A DNA stretch of 64,000 nucleotides. Source: Rhodothermia bacterium. GTDB lineage: Bacteria > Bacteroidota > Rhodothermia > Rhodothermales > UBA10348. The stretch's first letter is position 1, and each line of letters opens with the position of its first letter. Below are positions 26,977-37,018 of this stretch, piece after piece. The translations under genes were made by a program, and so were the position numbers. Location of the stretch: contig BTQE01000002.1 in assembly GCA_036985715.1 (NCBI GenBank), positions 1,607-65,606 of the forward strand. The letters run 5' to 3'. The notes beneath the pieces are model-generated. The model made no database searches. It saw only the letters and a list, made by a program, of their open reading frames with translations, and was not told the origin of the DNA.

Positions 26977-28371
26977 ATGTCCTCGTCCAAGTTCAGGTTG
27001 TGGGTCCTCGTATTTTTCCTGGGAGGAGTGGCTGGTTGTTCAGCTCCATTGGCTCCGTCACGACCCTATGCAGGTCTCGCCAGAACCTATGAACCTGGAA
27101 CCCCATCATTTGACGCCAGGGTACAGCCGGCAGTCACCGGTTCACGACGCGGTATACGCGTGGACATGAGCGCCCCGGAGTTGTCTCTCATTTTTCGTCG
27201 ATCCGACAACCAGTTGATCGCGCGCCTCGAGTGGTTGATCCGGCTTTTATCTGCTGACGGCGATCGAGTGCTGGAGGAGCAAACAAAGAGACAGGATGTT
27301 ACTCGCTCAGGTGAATTCGGGGCTTCGCTTTTTCGGCGAATCGGCCATTCCGTGTTTATGGAAGTTCCCCCTGGCAGGTATACGATCCAGATCCAATTGG
27401 AAGATCTAATGTCAGGAAAGGCGGAGGAAAAGGAACTGGTATTTGATCTCCCAAGGAGAAATCAACCCTTGATCGCCACTGAATTGCTTCTAGAAACCAA
27501 GTCGGGCAAGCCGATTATTGAGCTTTCGTATCCAGATTCCCTCAATGCTGGAAAGGCCGTCTTTTATCTGACTGGCAATGTTGCAACGCCTGCACGGCTT
27601 CAGTTCTTTGTCGTCCGATTGCAGACCGATAGAACGGCCGCGCAATCTCCGTTTTGGCAAGGACCCGGATCGAGATTTTCGGGAATCAACTCGTCTGAGT
27701 TGACCGTCATTGACACACTGTATTCTGAGCAGCGGACTGTTCGCCGAGGTGCGCTCAGACGTATTGAATTTGAGTTTCCGCGGGCGAATGTGGGTACGTA
27801 CCGGGCTGAGGTTGAAATCGATGATCTCCAGATCGAAGGGGACGAACCTGCCATCCGGCTTGCACGATATTTTCTGATTCGACGTGCGTCATTTCCCAGA
27901 CTGGAACTCGTTCGCGAGTTGATTCCACCATTGGTCTATCTGGCGGATGCGCCGGAGTGGGAAGCGCTGCAGGATTCTGCCGGGACACCGGCTGCCCGAC
28001 GCCAGTTCGATTCCTTTTGGGGTCGGCGTATGACAGACCGGGCGGTGGCGTCCAATATGGTGCGTCGCTACTTCAGCAGGGTGGAGGAGGCAAACCTGCG
28101 CTATTCTGATTTCAAGGAGGGATGGAAGACCGATAGAGGAATGGTCTATGTAATTCTCGGAGAACCTCTCTTTATTGAGCGGAATCTGGAGTCTGAGATC
28201 TGGTACTACTCCTACAGCGGGGATCGAGGTGAACGCTCGTTCGTTTTCCATCGGGTATGGCGCGAAAAAGCTCCAGATGTTATCGAAGAATTCCGACTCG
28301 ATCGCTCTTTTGAATTCGAACGGTTTTGGAGGGGAGAAGTCGACCGGTGGCGCCGAGGTATAAAGTCCTGA
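26977..28371 (+). CDS. GWxTD domain-containing lipoprotein
   Basis: Lipobox GVAGC. The C-terminal region contains the literal GWxTD motif (FKEGWKTDRGMVYVILGEP). Confidence 0.75.
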   Translation: MSSSKFRLWVLVFFLGGVAGCSAPLAPSRPYAGLARTYEPGTPSFDARVQPAVTGSRRGIRVDMSAPELSLIFRRSDNQLIARLEWLIRLLSADGDRVLEEQTKRQDVTRSGEFGASLFRRIGHSVFMEVPPGRYTIQIQLEDLMSGKAEEKELVFDLPRRNQPLIATELLLETKSGKPIIELSYPDSLNAGKAVFYLTGNVATPARLQFFVVRLQTDRTAAQSPFWQGPGSRFSGINSSELTVIDTLYSEQRTVRRGALRRIEFEFPRANVGTYRAEVEIDDLQIEGDEPAIRLARYFLIRRASFPRLELVRELIPPLVYLADAPEWEALQDSAGTPAARRQFDSFWGRRMTDRAVASNMVRRYFSRVEEANLRYSDFKEGWKTDRGMVYVILGEPLFIERNLESEIWYYSYSGDRGERSFVFHRVWREKAPDVIEEFRLDRSFEFERFWRGEVDRWRRGIKS

Positions 28372-28377
28372 TCGACT

Positions 28378-28707
28378 CTAATCGTTGCTCTTGGATCCGG
28401 AAGTCTCTGACTCTGATGAACTCCCAGATGCTTTGCTCGAGCTTTCCGTACTTTTTGAGGCGTCGCCCTTTTTCTTGGACTCGCCAGACGCTTTTTCAGC
28501 TGTCTCCTTTTCAGGGTTATTTGAACCGGCCCTGGCATAATCCGTGAGATAGAATCCGCTTCCCTTGAAAACCAGACCGGCTCCGCGACTGATCAGCCGG
28601 GTTACGGGCTGATGGGTGGTCGGGCAAGTCTTCAATGCAGGCGCGGTAATTCGCTGCTCGATCTCGAAGGTGGTTCCGTCTTCACGTCTGTATTTGTACG
28701 TGGGCAT
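28378..28707 (-). CDS. FmdB-family-like small protein with a degenerate (mostly Cys-less) zinc ribbon and a Ser/Lys/Glu-rich tail
   Basis: MPTYKYRREDGTTFEIEQ...CPTTHQPVTRLISRGAGLVFKGSGFYLTDY follows the FmdB consensus (MPxYEYxCxxCGxxFE...CPxCG...fkGsGFYxTDY), but three of the four Cys positions are replaced. Confidence 0.6.
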   Translation of the reverse strand: MPTYKYRREDGTTFEIEQRITAPALKTCPTTHQPVTRLISRGAGLVFKGSGFYLTDYARAGSNNPEKETAEKASGESKKKGDASKSTESSSKASGSSSESETSGSKSND

Positions 28708-28787
28708 CCCCGAACGGCCTCTTTTACCGCTGACAACTTCTGTGGAGGGCTCTTGAAAACAAATCGGGCAAAAGGGTTCCGAGCGTA

Positions 28788-31478
28788 CTATTGACCTTTT
28801 CCGAAATAGGCTTTATCCGGGCTGGATCGGATGGCCCTGAAGACAACGTCCGCAACGGCAGGTCGCACGCTGCGGTGCCCTAAATTGTCTCTCGAGGGGT
28901 ACACTCGATTCGTAAGGAGGATGAGATAGAGTGACTGATCGCGATCAAACCAGATCGATGTTCCCGTAAAGCCTGTGTGTCCAAAGGCAAGTCTTCCGAA
29001 ATATCGTCCCGCGGAAGAATATCCGGCCTGGCTCTTGGTATCCCATCCCAGGGCACGAGTGTGTGTATAATCTGTGTCGACCGCCGACGTGAAAAGCCTG
29101 AGGGTCTCTGGTTTCAGGAACGTGCGATCTCCAATCCGACCGTCGCTGAGTATCATGAACGCAAATTTTGAAAGGTCCTCAACGGTTGAAAACAAGCCCG
29201 CATGTCCCGCAGTCCCGCCCAGGATATAGGCAGTTTCATCGTGCACAGACCCTTGGACAAGTCTGTAGCGGAAATAATCATCAATCTCCGTTGGGGCCAC
29301 CGTCTCGTCGGGCACGGGCGAAGCTTCTCGATATCCCGTATCGCGCATTTCCAGCGGTGCAAAGATGCGCTTTTGAGCATATTCATCGAACGACATTCCG
29401 GACAGCTGTTCAACGATCAGGGCAAGTACAATGGGTCCAAAATCAGAATATCTTGACTGGGACCCGGGCTCATAGTAAAGTGAGTCGGATAGAATTTGAG
29501 CGATTACATCCGATCGGGAAGATTCTTCCGATTCATAAAAGGGTCGGAACGGAATGAGTCCACCCGTATGGGTAAGCAGATCTCGGATGGTCACGCCTGA
29601 CTTGTTGTTCTGAGAAAATTCGGGCAGATACTTGGCGACTGGATCGTTGAGATCTATCGCCTGCGATTCATACAACTGCATGATTGCCGTAGTCGTGGCA
29701 ATGACCTTGGTAAGACTGGCGAGGTCGTAGATCGTCTTGGGCGACACAGATGGCCCGGACTCGTACGTAAACCGGCCAAAACCGTCTAGAAGAGCCAGTA
29801 CACCTTTTCTTCCTACGGCTATCGCCGCGCCCGGAAATGCGCTATCTGCAATGGCGCTATTGAGAAGTCGCTCGAGCTCTCGAAGTCGGCCCGCATCCAG
29901 TCCAACCTCCCCGGCAGTTCCTATTCTCGGAAACCGTTGACGGATACAATAGCCCGAACCAGCGGGGTAACGGACTGAGAGCGCTACGGGTAACTCAGCG
30001 CAAACATCGGCTCTTCCAAAAATGGCATCGACCATGGCCCGAATCGAAGGAGTGGATGATCCAAACGATAGTAGTATCGTATTCACGCCGTCAGGTAGAT
30101 GTGCGGCATTTTCTGCAGACCCCATACCAGCGTAGAGAACGGGCGCTTCAGCTTCAAGCAATACACCCATAATTGCGCTCGTCACATCGGGTACCGAACG
30201 CGTTTCCGACGTCAGATCGGCAAAGAGTATCCGGTCGATCCGAGCCACGTCCTTCATCATTTCGGATTGCTTCGTTTGCCAGTTAGACGTTGTGATAGAT
30301 TGCTTTACGTAAATTGTGTCATGGTATTCATTAATAAAAGATTGAAACGCTCCTGATGAATCGGTGTACTCGTCTGTGAGAACAACGAGCATGATCTTGT
30401 CACCACCCGTCAACTCCGAAACGTACCCACCATCCCGGAGTGCAACGATTGATTTTCGCGCGATGTATCGGGCCAAGTACCGATGCTCAGGGTCGGTCAA
30501 TACGGACCGAACGGAGTTCACTGATATATTTGGGCGTTTGATGAGTCCAGCCCTCGTTTTAGCTACGAGAATGCGCTCCACAATGGCTGAAACATGGCTT
30601 TCCTCGATTAATCCGCTTGAAATCAATCTGAGCACTGTATCCCGGACCAACGCTGGATCGGGTGGCCCGAGGAATGCGTCTACACCCTGCCGAATGTTTT
30701 CCAGAATCAAGGAGTCCAGCGGAACGGCTCCGCCGTCGAAGGACGCGATGGCGTCTGACAGAATCAGTCCGTCGAAATCATACCGGCCGGAAGATGTTTT
30801 TGCGGCCAATGAATCCGATGAACTGACCCAGGGGAATTCTACCTCTCTTGTAGCGGCCATAACCCCTTGATTCCGTATCCCTCGAACGAATCGATCGGCA
30901 ATTCGAATCGCTATACGAGCATCACCTTTGTTGACCTGGTCGCCTCCGATTGCATCCGGCGATCTTGAATCAGCCTGGACCGCCGGACCCAGGACAAGAT
31001 GGACACCAAGTACATCGGCTTCACGTGCGGTGATCTTGCCTGCCTTTTCGGCAAGACTGTCAATGCCGCTTGCCGCTAGAGCCAGCGGGCCGGGAAACTC
31101 GGTCGCGAAGGAAACCTGCGTGCCTGCTCCGCGCTGCATATCCTGGGCAACGAGAAGGGGAACGGCGGATAGATCCTGAAGATCAGACAGCAACGCAGCC
31201 TGGTGGAGCGGGTCGTTTCGACGAACCAATACGCCCCCGGCCCCAAAATCGATAATGTTTGACCGGAAACCGCTGAACGCTTCTGGCTCGAAACCGCCAC
31301 TGTAGTCCGGAAGACGAACAAAAATCATTTGAGCAACTTGCTCACGGAGGGACATTTTACCCAAACGGTCTGCAACCCACATGTCGCTTCTTTTCTGTTC
31401 AAAATCTGTTCCTGAGCATGCACTCAGGGCGATAGAAAGAAGGAGGAAAAGAGTGATTTTTTGGGTACGATGCGTCAA
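28788..31478 (-). CDS. Bifunctional-architecture lipoprotein: N-terminal glycoside hydrolase family 3 (NagZ-like) domain plus C-terminal serine beta-lactamase/transpeptidase-fold domain
   Basis: 896 aa with lipobox LSAC. GH3-like N-terminal half (VAQMIFVR..., LVAQDMQRGAG). The C-terminal half carries the SxxK motif in YDLASLTKVIATT, plus GHTGFTGTS. Confidence 0.8.
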   Translation of the reverse strand: MTHRTQKITLFLLLSIALSACSGTDFEQKRSDMWVADRLGKMSLREQVAQMIFVRLPDYSGGFEPEAFSGFRSNIIDFGAGGVLVRRNDPLHQAALLSDLQDLSAVPLLVAQDMQRGAGTQVSFATEFPGPLALAASGIDSLAEKAGKITAREADVLGVHLVLGPAVQADSRSPDAIGGDQVNKGDARIAIRIADRFVRGIRNQGVMAATREVEFPWVSSSDSLAAKTSSGRYDFDGLILSDAIASFDGGAVPLDSLILENIRQGVDAFLGPPDPALVRDTVLRLISSGLIEESHVSAIVERILVAKTRAGLIKRPNISVNSVRSVLTDPEHRYLARYIARKSIVALRDGGYVSELTGGDKIMLVVLTDEYTDSSGAFQSFINEYHDTIYVKQSITTSNWQTKQSEMMKDVARIDRILFADLTSETRSVPDVTSAIMGVLLEAEAPVLYAGMGSAENAAHLPDGVNTILLSFGSSTPSIRAMVDAIFGRADVCAELPVALSVRYPAGSGYCIRQRFPRIGTAGEVGLDAGRLRELERLLNSAIADSAFPGAAIAVGRKGVLALLDGFGRFTYESGPSVSPKTIYDLASLTKVIATTTAIMQLYESQAIDLNDPVAKYLPEFSQNNKSGVTIRDLLTHTGGLIPFRPFYESEESSRSDVIAQILSDSLYYEPGSQSRYSDFGPIVLALIVEQLSGMSFDEYAQKRIFAPLEMRDTGYREASPVPDETVAPTEIDDYFRYRLVQGSVHDETAYILGGTAGHAGLFSTVEDLSKFAFMILSDGRIGDRTFLKPETLRLFTSAVDTDYTHTRALGWDTKSQAGYSSAGRYFGRLAFGHTGFTGTSIWFDRDQSLYLILLTNRVYPSRDNLGHRSVRPAVADVVFRAIRSSPDKAYFGKGQ

Positions 31479-31653
31479 CGCGTGTTCAGTGATTTATCGA
31501 GACGAAATGATGGCAAATTTCAGACCCTATGGCAACGAAATGTACTGCATGAAAAAAGAGGTAGTTTCGCTAAACCTGTTGCTCGAACGTCAGTAGAAGG
31601 CGAGTTTCGATTCTTCGTGGTTCGTCTCCGCAATTTCGCAATATCACGTCTCC

Positions 31654-33048
31654 TTGAACTCCGAATCTACATCCGGGCATGGACGGCTTCTGGCCGTTCT
31701 CTTCTTTGGTGTCCTTGTGGTGGCCATGGACATAGCCATGCTGGGTCCGGCCAAGCCTGCCATTCAAAGTACATTCGGGATCGATGAACGGGCAGGTTCC
31801 TGGATCCTGAATGCCTTCGTGCTTGCCAATCTCGTAGGCGTTCCCGTAATGTCAAAACTGGCTGATTTATTTGGTCGTGGCCGGGTATTCATGACAGTCA
31901 TTCTTTTGTTCGGAGCCGGAAGCTTGATTGTAGCACTGTCGTCCTCTTTTGGCATGTTACTGGTAGGTCGCTCCGTACAGGGCCTCTCCGTTTCCGGCAT
32001 ATTTCCCATTGCTGCTGCGGTCGTCGGGGATGCATATAGACCTGAGTATCGGGGAAGAGCGTTGGGAGTTTTGGGAGCCGTATTCGGCCTGGCTTTCATC
32101 GTGGGTCCCGTTCTAGCAGGAATCCTGCTTCAATACGGGTGGCGGTGGATCTATTTCGGCTACCTGCCCCTGGTTGGTCTCATCTGGTTGTTCGCACTAA
32201 AGTTTATCCCACATTCAGCCCGTGAAAGAACCAATCCCGTGGACGTTCGGGGCATTCTGTTTTTATCGGGAGCTCTTCTTTCGATTACCTTCGGAATGAA
32301 TCAACTCGATCCCGGTGACCTCTGGAATTCCTTTTTTTCCGTGAGGGCATGGCCTGCGTTTCTTCTGGCCATCATTCTTTTCCCCGCATTCGCCAGACAG
32401 GAAAGAAGAGCCAAGGATCCTGTGTTGCGACTTTCCATGTTTCAGAACAGTCAAATCTTGGTCGCAAGCCTGGTAGCCATCGGCGCAGGAGTCGTGGAGG
32501 CCGCCTTTATTTCATTTCCGACGTTAGCAAGTCTTGCTATGGGAGTTTCATGGTCAACGGCAGCGTTTATGCTCATACCACTGTCCTTCGCCATAGCCAT
32601 CGGGTCTCCACTGGCGGGGCGGCTTCTGGATCGGTTCGGGTCCCGGGCTATCGTCGTGGCAAGTTCAGCAGCTATGGTTATCGGGATGTTGGGCATCGCC
32701 GCCTGGCCGGCGTCGCGTTCAGCGTTCTATATAAGTACCGTGGCAATCGGGCTGGGCCTTGCAGGCATTATGGGGTCCGCTCTCAACTATATCCTGATGC
32801 ACGAAACCCAGGAAGAAGAGCGGACCTCTTCTCAAGGGTTGATTACCCTGTTTATTTCAGTCGGCCAACTCTTCGGTGCGGCCTTGGTTGGAAGTGTCGT
32901 CGCATCAATGGCCGGGACAGTGGCAGGCTATAGCACTGCATTTTTTGGAATCGCGGCTATGATGGTCGTTCTGACGCTGTTGGCCTTCCGCCTGAAGGCG
33001 AGACGTGAGGAGCAGGAATCGGTGATGCTCTCCTCGACTGATGAGTAA
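31654..33048 (+). CDS. MFS transporter (drug:H+ antiporter-like, about 14 TM segments)
   Basis: 464 aa and hydrophobic throughout. MFS motif-like LADLFGRGRV. TTG start at 31654, so the start is uncertain. Confidence 0.8.
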   Translation: MNSESTSGHGRLLAVLFFGVLVVAMDIAMLGPAKPAIQSTFGIDERAGSWILNAFVLANLVGVPVMSKLADLFGRGRVFMTVILLFGAGSLIVALSSSFGMLLVGRSVQGLSVSGIFPIAAAVVGDAYRPEYRGRALGVLGAVFGLAFIVGPVLAGILLQYGWRWIYFGYLPLVGLIWLFALKFIPHSARERTNPVDVRGILFLSGALLSITFGMNQLDPGDLWNSFFSVRAWPAFLLAIILFPAFARQERRAKDPVLRLSMFQNSQILVASLVAIGAGVVEAAFISFPTLASLAMGVSWSTAAFMLIPLSFAIAIGSPLAGRLLDRFGSRAIVVASSAAMVIGMLGIAAWPASRSAFYISTVAIGLGLAGIMGSALNYILMHETQEEERTSSQGLITLFISVGQLFGAALVGSVVASMAGTVAGYSTAFFGIAAMMVVLTLLAFRLKARREEQESVMLSSTDE

Positions 33049-33068
33049 AGCTTTAGCAATGAGCCGCG

Positions 33069-34118
33069 CTAGCGGAGGGAGAGCTGACCGCACGCGGCGT
33101 CGATATCTTTTCCTCTGCTCTTCCGCACCGTAACGCGGACACGCCGTTTGACAAGCTCGCGCACAAATTTGTGTACGGTCTCTTCGTTCGACCGCTCAAA
33201 CCGAACGCCCTCGACAGGATTGTACATAATGAGATTCACCTTACTCGGTGCCCATTGGACAATGTTGGAAAGGTGGATAGCGTCTTCGATTGTATCATTA
33301 AAGTTCTTAAACAGACAATACTCGTAGGTAACCGGTCTCTTCGTGTTTTCAGAGTAGTATTCGATGGACTCGCGAAGGGCTTTCAAATCCGTTTTTTCTT
33401 TTCGATTAATCGGCATAATCGAACTGCGTTTTTTGTCGGTTGGTGCATGAAGTGAAACTGCCAGGTTGGTTTTGAATTCTTGATCGGCCAACTCCTTAAT
33501 TTTCCCGGCAAGTCCGACTGTGGAAATAGTGATTCGACGTGGCGCCATCCCTAACCCGTTTTTGCTTGCGATTTTCTCTACGCTGTCACAGACCGCCTGA
33601 AAATTTAATAGCGGTTCGCCCATTCCCATGAAGACAATATTTGTGAGCGATCGCGCGTACCGTTCGAGGGCGAGCTGGTTGGCGAGAAAGACCTGGTCGT
33701 AGATTTCCCCGGACGATAGATTCTGTTGAAACCCCATCTTGCCCGTGGCACAAAATGAGCAATCCATCGCGCATCCCACCTGGCTGGAAACGCAGACCGT
33801 GATTCGTTTCGCTTGACGCTGGGCATCAAAATCTGGGATCAGTACTGTTTCGATTGCTTTTCCTGAGCTCATCTGGTACAATATTTTAATCGTACCGTCA
33901 TCAGACTCCTGACTTTTCCGCTCTGTCAATGATGAGATCGTTGCGATTTTTGCGAGGCTGGATCTCAGCGACGACGGAAGGTCGGACATGGACTCAAGGT
34001 CGAAGATTCCCCGGGCGTACATCCAGTTGTAAATCTGTCGGCCACGATAGGCTGGGAATCCCTGATCGACCAGGTACTGTTCAAGCTCAGTCGCTGTCAT
34101 TGTCTTCAGATCAACCAT
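33069..34118 (-). CDS. rlmN: 23S rRNA/tRNA (adenine-C2)-methyltransferase, radical SAM
   Basis: YRGRQIYNWMY, the radical-SAM cluster motif CAMDCSFCATG, and FMGMGEPLLN. Confidence 0.9.
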   Translation of the reverse strand: MVDLKTMTATELEQYLVDQGFPAYRGRQIYNWMYARGIFDLESMSDLPSSLRSSLAKIATISSLTERKSQESDDGTIKILYQMSSGKAIETVLIPDFDAQRQAKRITVCVSSQVGCAMDCSFCATGKMGFQQNLSSGEIYDQVFLANQLALERYARSLTNIVFMGMGEPLLNFQAVCDSVEKIASKNGLGMAPRRITISTVGLAGKIKELADQEFKTNLAVSLHAPTDKKRSSIMPINRKEKTDLKALRESIEYYSENTKRPVTYEYCLFKNFNDTIEDAIHLSNIVQWAPSKVNLIMYNPVEGVRFERSNEETVHKFVRELVKRRVRVTVRKSRGKDIDAACGQLSLR

Positions 34119-34131
34119 TGCTGGTCCCGGT

Positions 34132-35118
34132 CTAAAGACCCATCCATCGATCGACGAAAATGAGAAGGAGAAGAAGCGGAATGTACTTGACTGAGCCCAT
34201 CAGTACCAGTCGGGCGTCGTGGACCGATTTGGAGAGGCAAAATTTGATCACCGGAATCATGAACCAAGCCCCGAGGATCAGCGATCCAGTGACGTAAACC
34301 GTGCCAGAGAGATTCAACATCCACGGAACAACACTTGCCGCAATCATCAGAATAGAAAATGCCAGGGTAAGACGCGTAGTCCGTGTCCCCGTTTCATCAC
34401 CTACCGTCCACATACTGAACCCCGCGCGCTCGTAATCCTTTCGATACATCCAGGCGAGCGACAGAAAATGAGGCATTTGCCATGCAAGCAGTATCATGAA
34501 AATGGCCCAGCCTCCAACGTCCAGGTTTCCCGTCGCTGCGGTCCAGCCTCCGAGAGCTGGAAGAGCACCTGGGATGGTACCCACGATCGTGTTGTATGGG
34601 GTGATACGCTTCAAGGGAGTGTATACGTACAGGTAGAGGGCGACCGAGATTGCCGCCAGGACACCCGTCAGCGGATTCGTCAGTGGGCAGAGGATCGAAA
34701 GACCGACGGCAATTAAAACATATCCAAATGTTCTCGCAGACTCCGGACGAATCCGTCCAGAAGGCAGGGGTCTGGAGGATGTACGCCGCATCACTCTGTC
34801 GTGCGTGCGCTCCAGATAATGATTCAGGGCTCCTCCTCCTGCCGAAACCAGGGATATTCCGATGAGCGCCCAACCTAATGTCCACCCATCCAGTCCATTT
34901 GCAGATCCAAGGACGAACCCTGCAAGAGCCGAAATCGTAACGAGAAACGTAATCTCGGGCTTAGCGAGAGAGACATAATCAACGAGACGCTGTTTCCAGA
35001 CGACCCGTAGAGGTGGAGAAGAAATCGGAGAAGAAACAGATGGAGAGGTGGCCGGAATGGCAATCGCTTCCCGGCTCTCAGTTGTACCCAATAATTTGTT
35101 GGTTTTTGGTTCGGGCAT
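34132..35118 (-). CDS. ctaB: Protoheme IX farnesyltransferase (heme O synthase)
   Basis: UbiA-family polytopic protein with LAKPEITFLVTISALAGF and NHYLERTHDRVMRRT. Adjacent to ctaA. Confidence 0.88.
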   Translation of the reverse strand: MPEPKTNKLLGTTESREAIAIPATSPSVSSPISSPPLRVVWKQRLVDYVSLAKPEITFLVTISALAGFVLGSANGLDGWTLGWALIGISLVSAGGGALNHYLERTHDRVMRRTSSRPLPSGRIRPESARTFGYVLIAVGLSILCPLTNPLTGVLAAISVALYLYVYTPLKRITPYNTIVGTIPGALPALGGWTAATGNLDVGGWAIFMILLAWQMPHFLSLAWMYRKDYERAGFSMWTVGDETGTRTTRLTLAFSILMIAASVVPWMLNLSGTVYVTGSLILGAWFMIPVIKFCLSKSVHDARLVLMGSVKYIPLLLLLIFVDRWMGL

Positions 35119-35130
35119 ATTTCGAGGGGC

Positions 35131-36150
35131 TCAGTCGCTCGACGTAGGATTCAATGACAGTGATCGATTTGTAGTGAGTCTAAAAACCAAAGTCATGGTT
35201 ACAACCGCAGAAGCCAGCAGCATGGCTCCAACGACCAGGTGTGAAGAATTTATAACGACTTGCACATTACTTGGACGGACGATTCCTCGTTCATCCAGCA
35301 AAACAAAATAGGCAATCAAACCCAAAGTGACCTGAAGGATTAAGATTCGGAGTGACCACGTCGCACTTCGTCTGAGATCTGCTTCGGTTTCGTACTTCGT
35401 GCGAATGATCACCCACATATGAAAAACGGCAGCAGCGGCAACGAAGGCAAATCCCAAGTGAAGACCGGCAAGCAATGAATCAATACCAACCCCGGGATGA
35501 CGAAGCAGTGCGCCAAGAATAATCTGTACATAGACTGCGAGAACAGCTCGAATCGTCACAGAACGGAGATCTTGAAGCTCACTCTGATACCCACGGTCAA
35601 CGGTTCTTTGCCACATCGGGGAGACGAATAGTATCAACGTGGCCAGGAGGGAGTAGAAGATCTGCGCGACAGCCGCATGTACGACGGCCAGGTCGAGAGA
35701 TACCCATACTACGCGAAGTCCGCCCAGGACTCCTTGGAAAATGACGAGTAAAAGGGCTCCGAGGGCAACTCGCTTCATCCACTGCCGCTCATCAGACCGC
35801 CACGTCCAAAACGCCAGGGCCGTCATGATCAGGCCTACGAGTGCGCCGAGAAGCCTGTGACCATGTTCGGCAAGGATCGGGGTAACTTCCCACCAGTTCG
35901 GCCAGGGATTGAAGGGATTGTAGGAATCGAACGAGGACGGCCAATCGGGTACGGCCAATCCGGCATTAATGCTTGTCACAAAAGCACCCCACGCCAGCAA
36001 CGCTGTTGCGATGACGAAGGCTATGATCGAGAATTTGCGACGAGCTGACCAGTCACTCCCGGATAAACTGTGCATGGACCAGATGCGTGAGGCTTTGTAA
36101 AGCGACAACCCTGTGGGTTGTCGGAAAAATTGAGACCAAATGTACCGCAC
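35131..36150 (-). CDS. ctaA: COX15/CtaA-family heme A synthase
   Basis: GAFVTSINAGLAVPDWPSSF plus multiple TM helices with conserved His residues. The start may instead be the internal ATG near 36075. Confidence 0.85.
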   Translation of the reverse strand: MRYIWSQFFRQPTGLSLYKASRIWSMHSLSGSDWSARRKFSIIAFVIATALLAWGAFVTSINAGLAVPDWPSSFDSYNPFNPWPNWWEVTPILAEHGHRLLGALVGLIMTALAFWTWRSDERQWMKRVALGALLLVIFQGVLGGLRVVWVSLDLAVVHAAVAQIFYSLLATLILFVSPMWQRTVDRGYQSELQDLRSVTIRAVLAVYVQIILGALLRHPGVGIDSLLAGLHLGFAFVAAAAVFHMWVIIRTKYETEADLRRSATWSLRILILQVTLGLIAYFVLLDERGIVRPSNVQVVINSSHLVVGAMLLASAVVTMTLVFRLTTNRSLSLNPTSSD

Positions 36151-36304
36151 AGCAGTTGCCTTTGATGGGGATTACGGTAAAATCCAGTTGAAGAAGGTCT
36201 GAAGGCGGGGCGAAACACCGGATGTCCAGGGCACTTCAGGTGGGTTCGAGCGTTCGCAGTCCGTAAATTCAAAAATTCAGTCTGATCCCCGTCCTCTCCT
36301 CCTG

Positions 36305-36859
36305 GTGAATTCACTTCGGAACACATCGGTGGTGCGCTTTGTCGCTGCTCTGTTGACAGTTTGTCTTGGAGCGGTCGTTGTGTCCCCGGCGGCTACGGCT
36401 GAGGGCATCGGGACACAGTATGCGGATTGGCTTCGTCTCCACCTGCCAGAATCTTCGCAGCCGGATGTAGAGCGGGCCCTGGAAATCGCATCGGAGCGTG
36501 GTGCACGAACGTTTGAGGAGTTTCTGACTTCCTTTCTGAATGAATTGGAGTCCGTGAAGGGGGAAGTTGAACCGGTGGAGATCGAAAAGGGTCTTGACAA
36601 CACCGCTGAGCGTCTGCGCACGGAACTACGCCTGCAATTTGTGCGATTCGTGGGAGAGGCTGTTCTGCCAGGATTTCTAAAAGGAGACGTTCTTGTGCAG
36701 ACTGCCGCTTCTCAGAATTTTCGCTTCGGCAAGACACACGGGTATTCCGACTCACAGCGAATCCTCAGTGACGATGCGTTCGCCCGGGTTTTTGAATTAC
36801 CACGTCTCCGTATCGGATTTCGCTTTCTACGGTCGTCGGCCCAACCGCTTGGCCCTTAG
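36305..36859 (+). CDS. Hypothetical secreted protein
   Basis: GTG start. Signal peptide VRFVAALLTVCLGAVVVSPAATA/EG. No recognised motif. Confidence 0.5.
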   Translation: MNSLRNTSVVRFVAALLTVCLGAVVVSPAATAEGIGTQYADWLRLHLPESSQPDVERALEIASERGARTFEEFLTSFLNELESVKGEVEPVEIEKGLDNTAERLRTELRLQFVRFVGEAVLPGFLKGDVLVQTAASQNFRFGKTHGYSDSQRILSDDAFARVFELPRLRIGFRFLRSSAQPLGP

Positions 36860-37018
36860 ACGTGAATCCGTGCGGTCCTGAACACAACTCGTTCCGACCG
36901 GGAATTCTTTCCGTTGCAGCTCTCGTTTAGGTGCTTACGAACCTACGCCAGAACACCTGAGCCAGGGATTTTGAAAGCTGCAAAACACTATTGATCACAC
37001 CATAACCCAACTTTTGAA

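Noticed and set aside
36150-36305. tRNA-like GGGTTCGAG string in the ctaA upstream gap
   Set aside because: The flanking bases do not form a T-stem, and no acceptor or anticodon arms could be drawn. The other gaps larger than 75 nt were also checked by eye, and none gave a cloverleaf.
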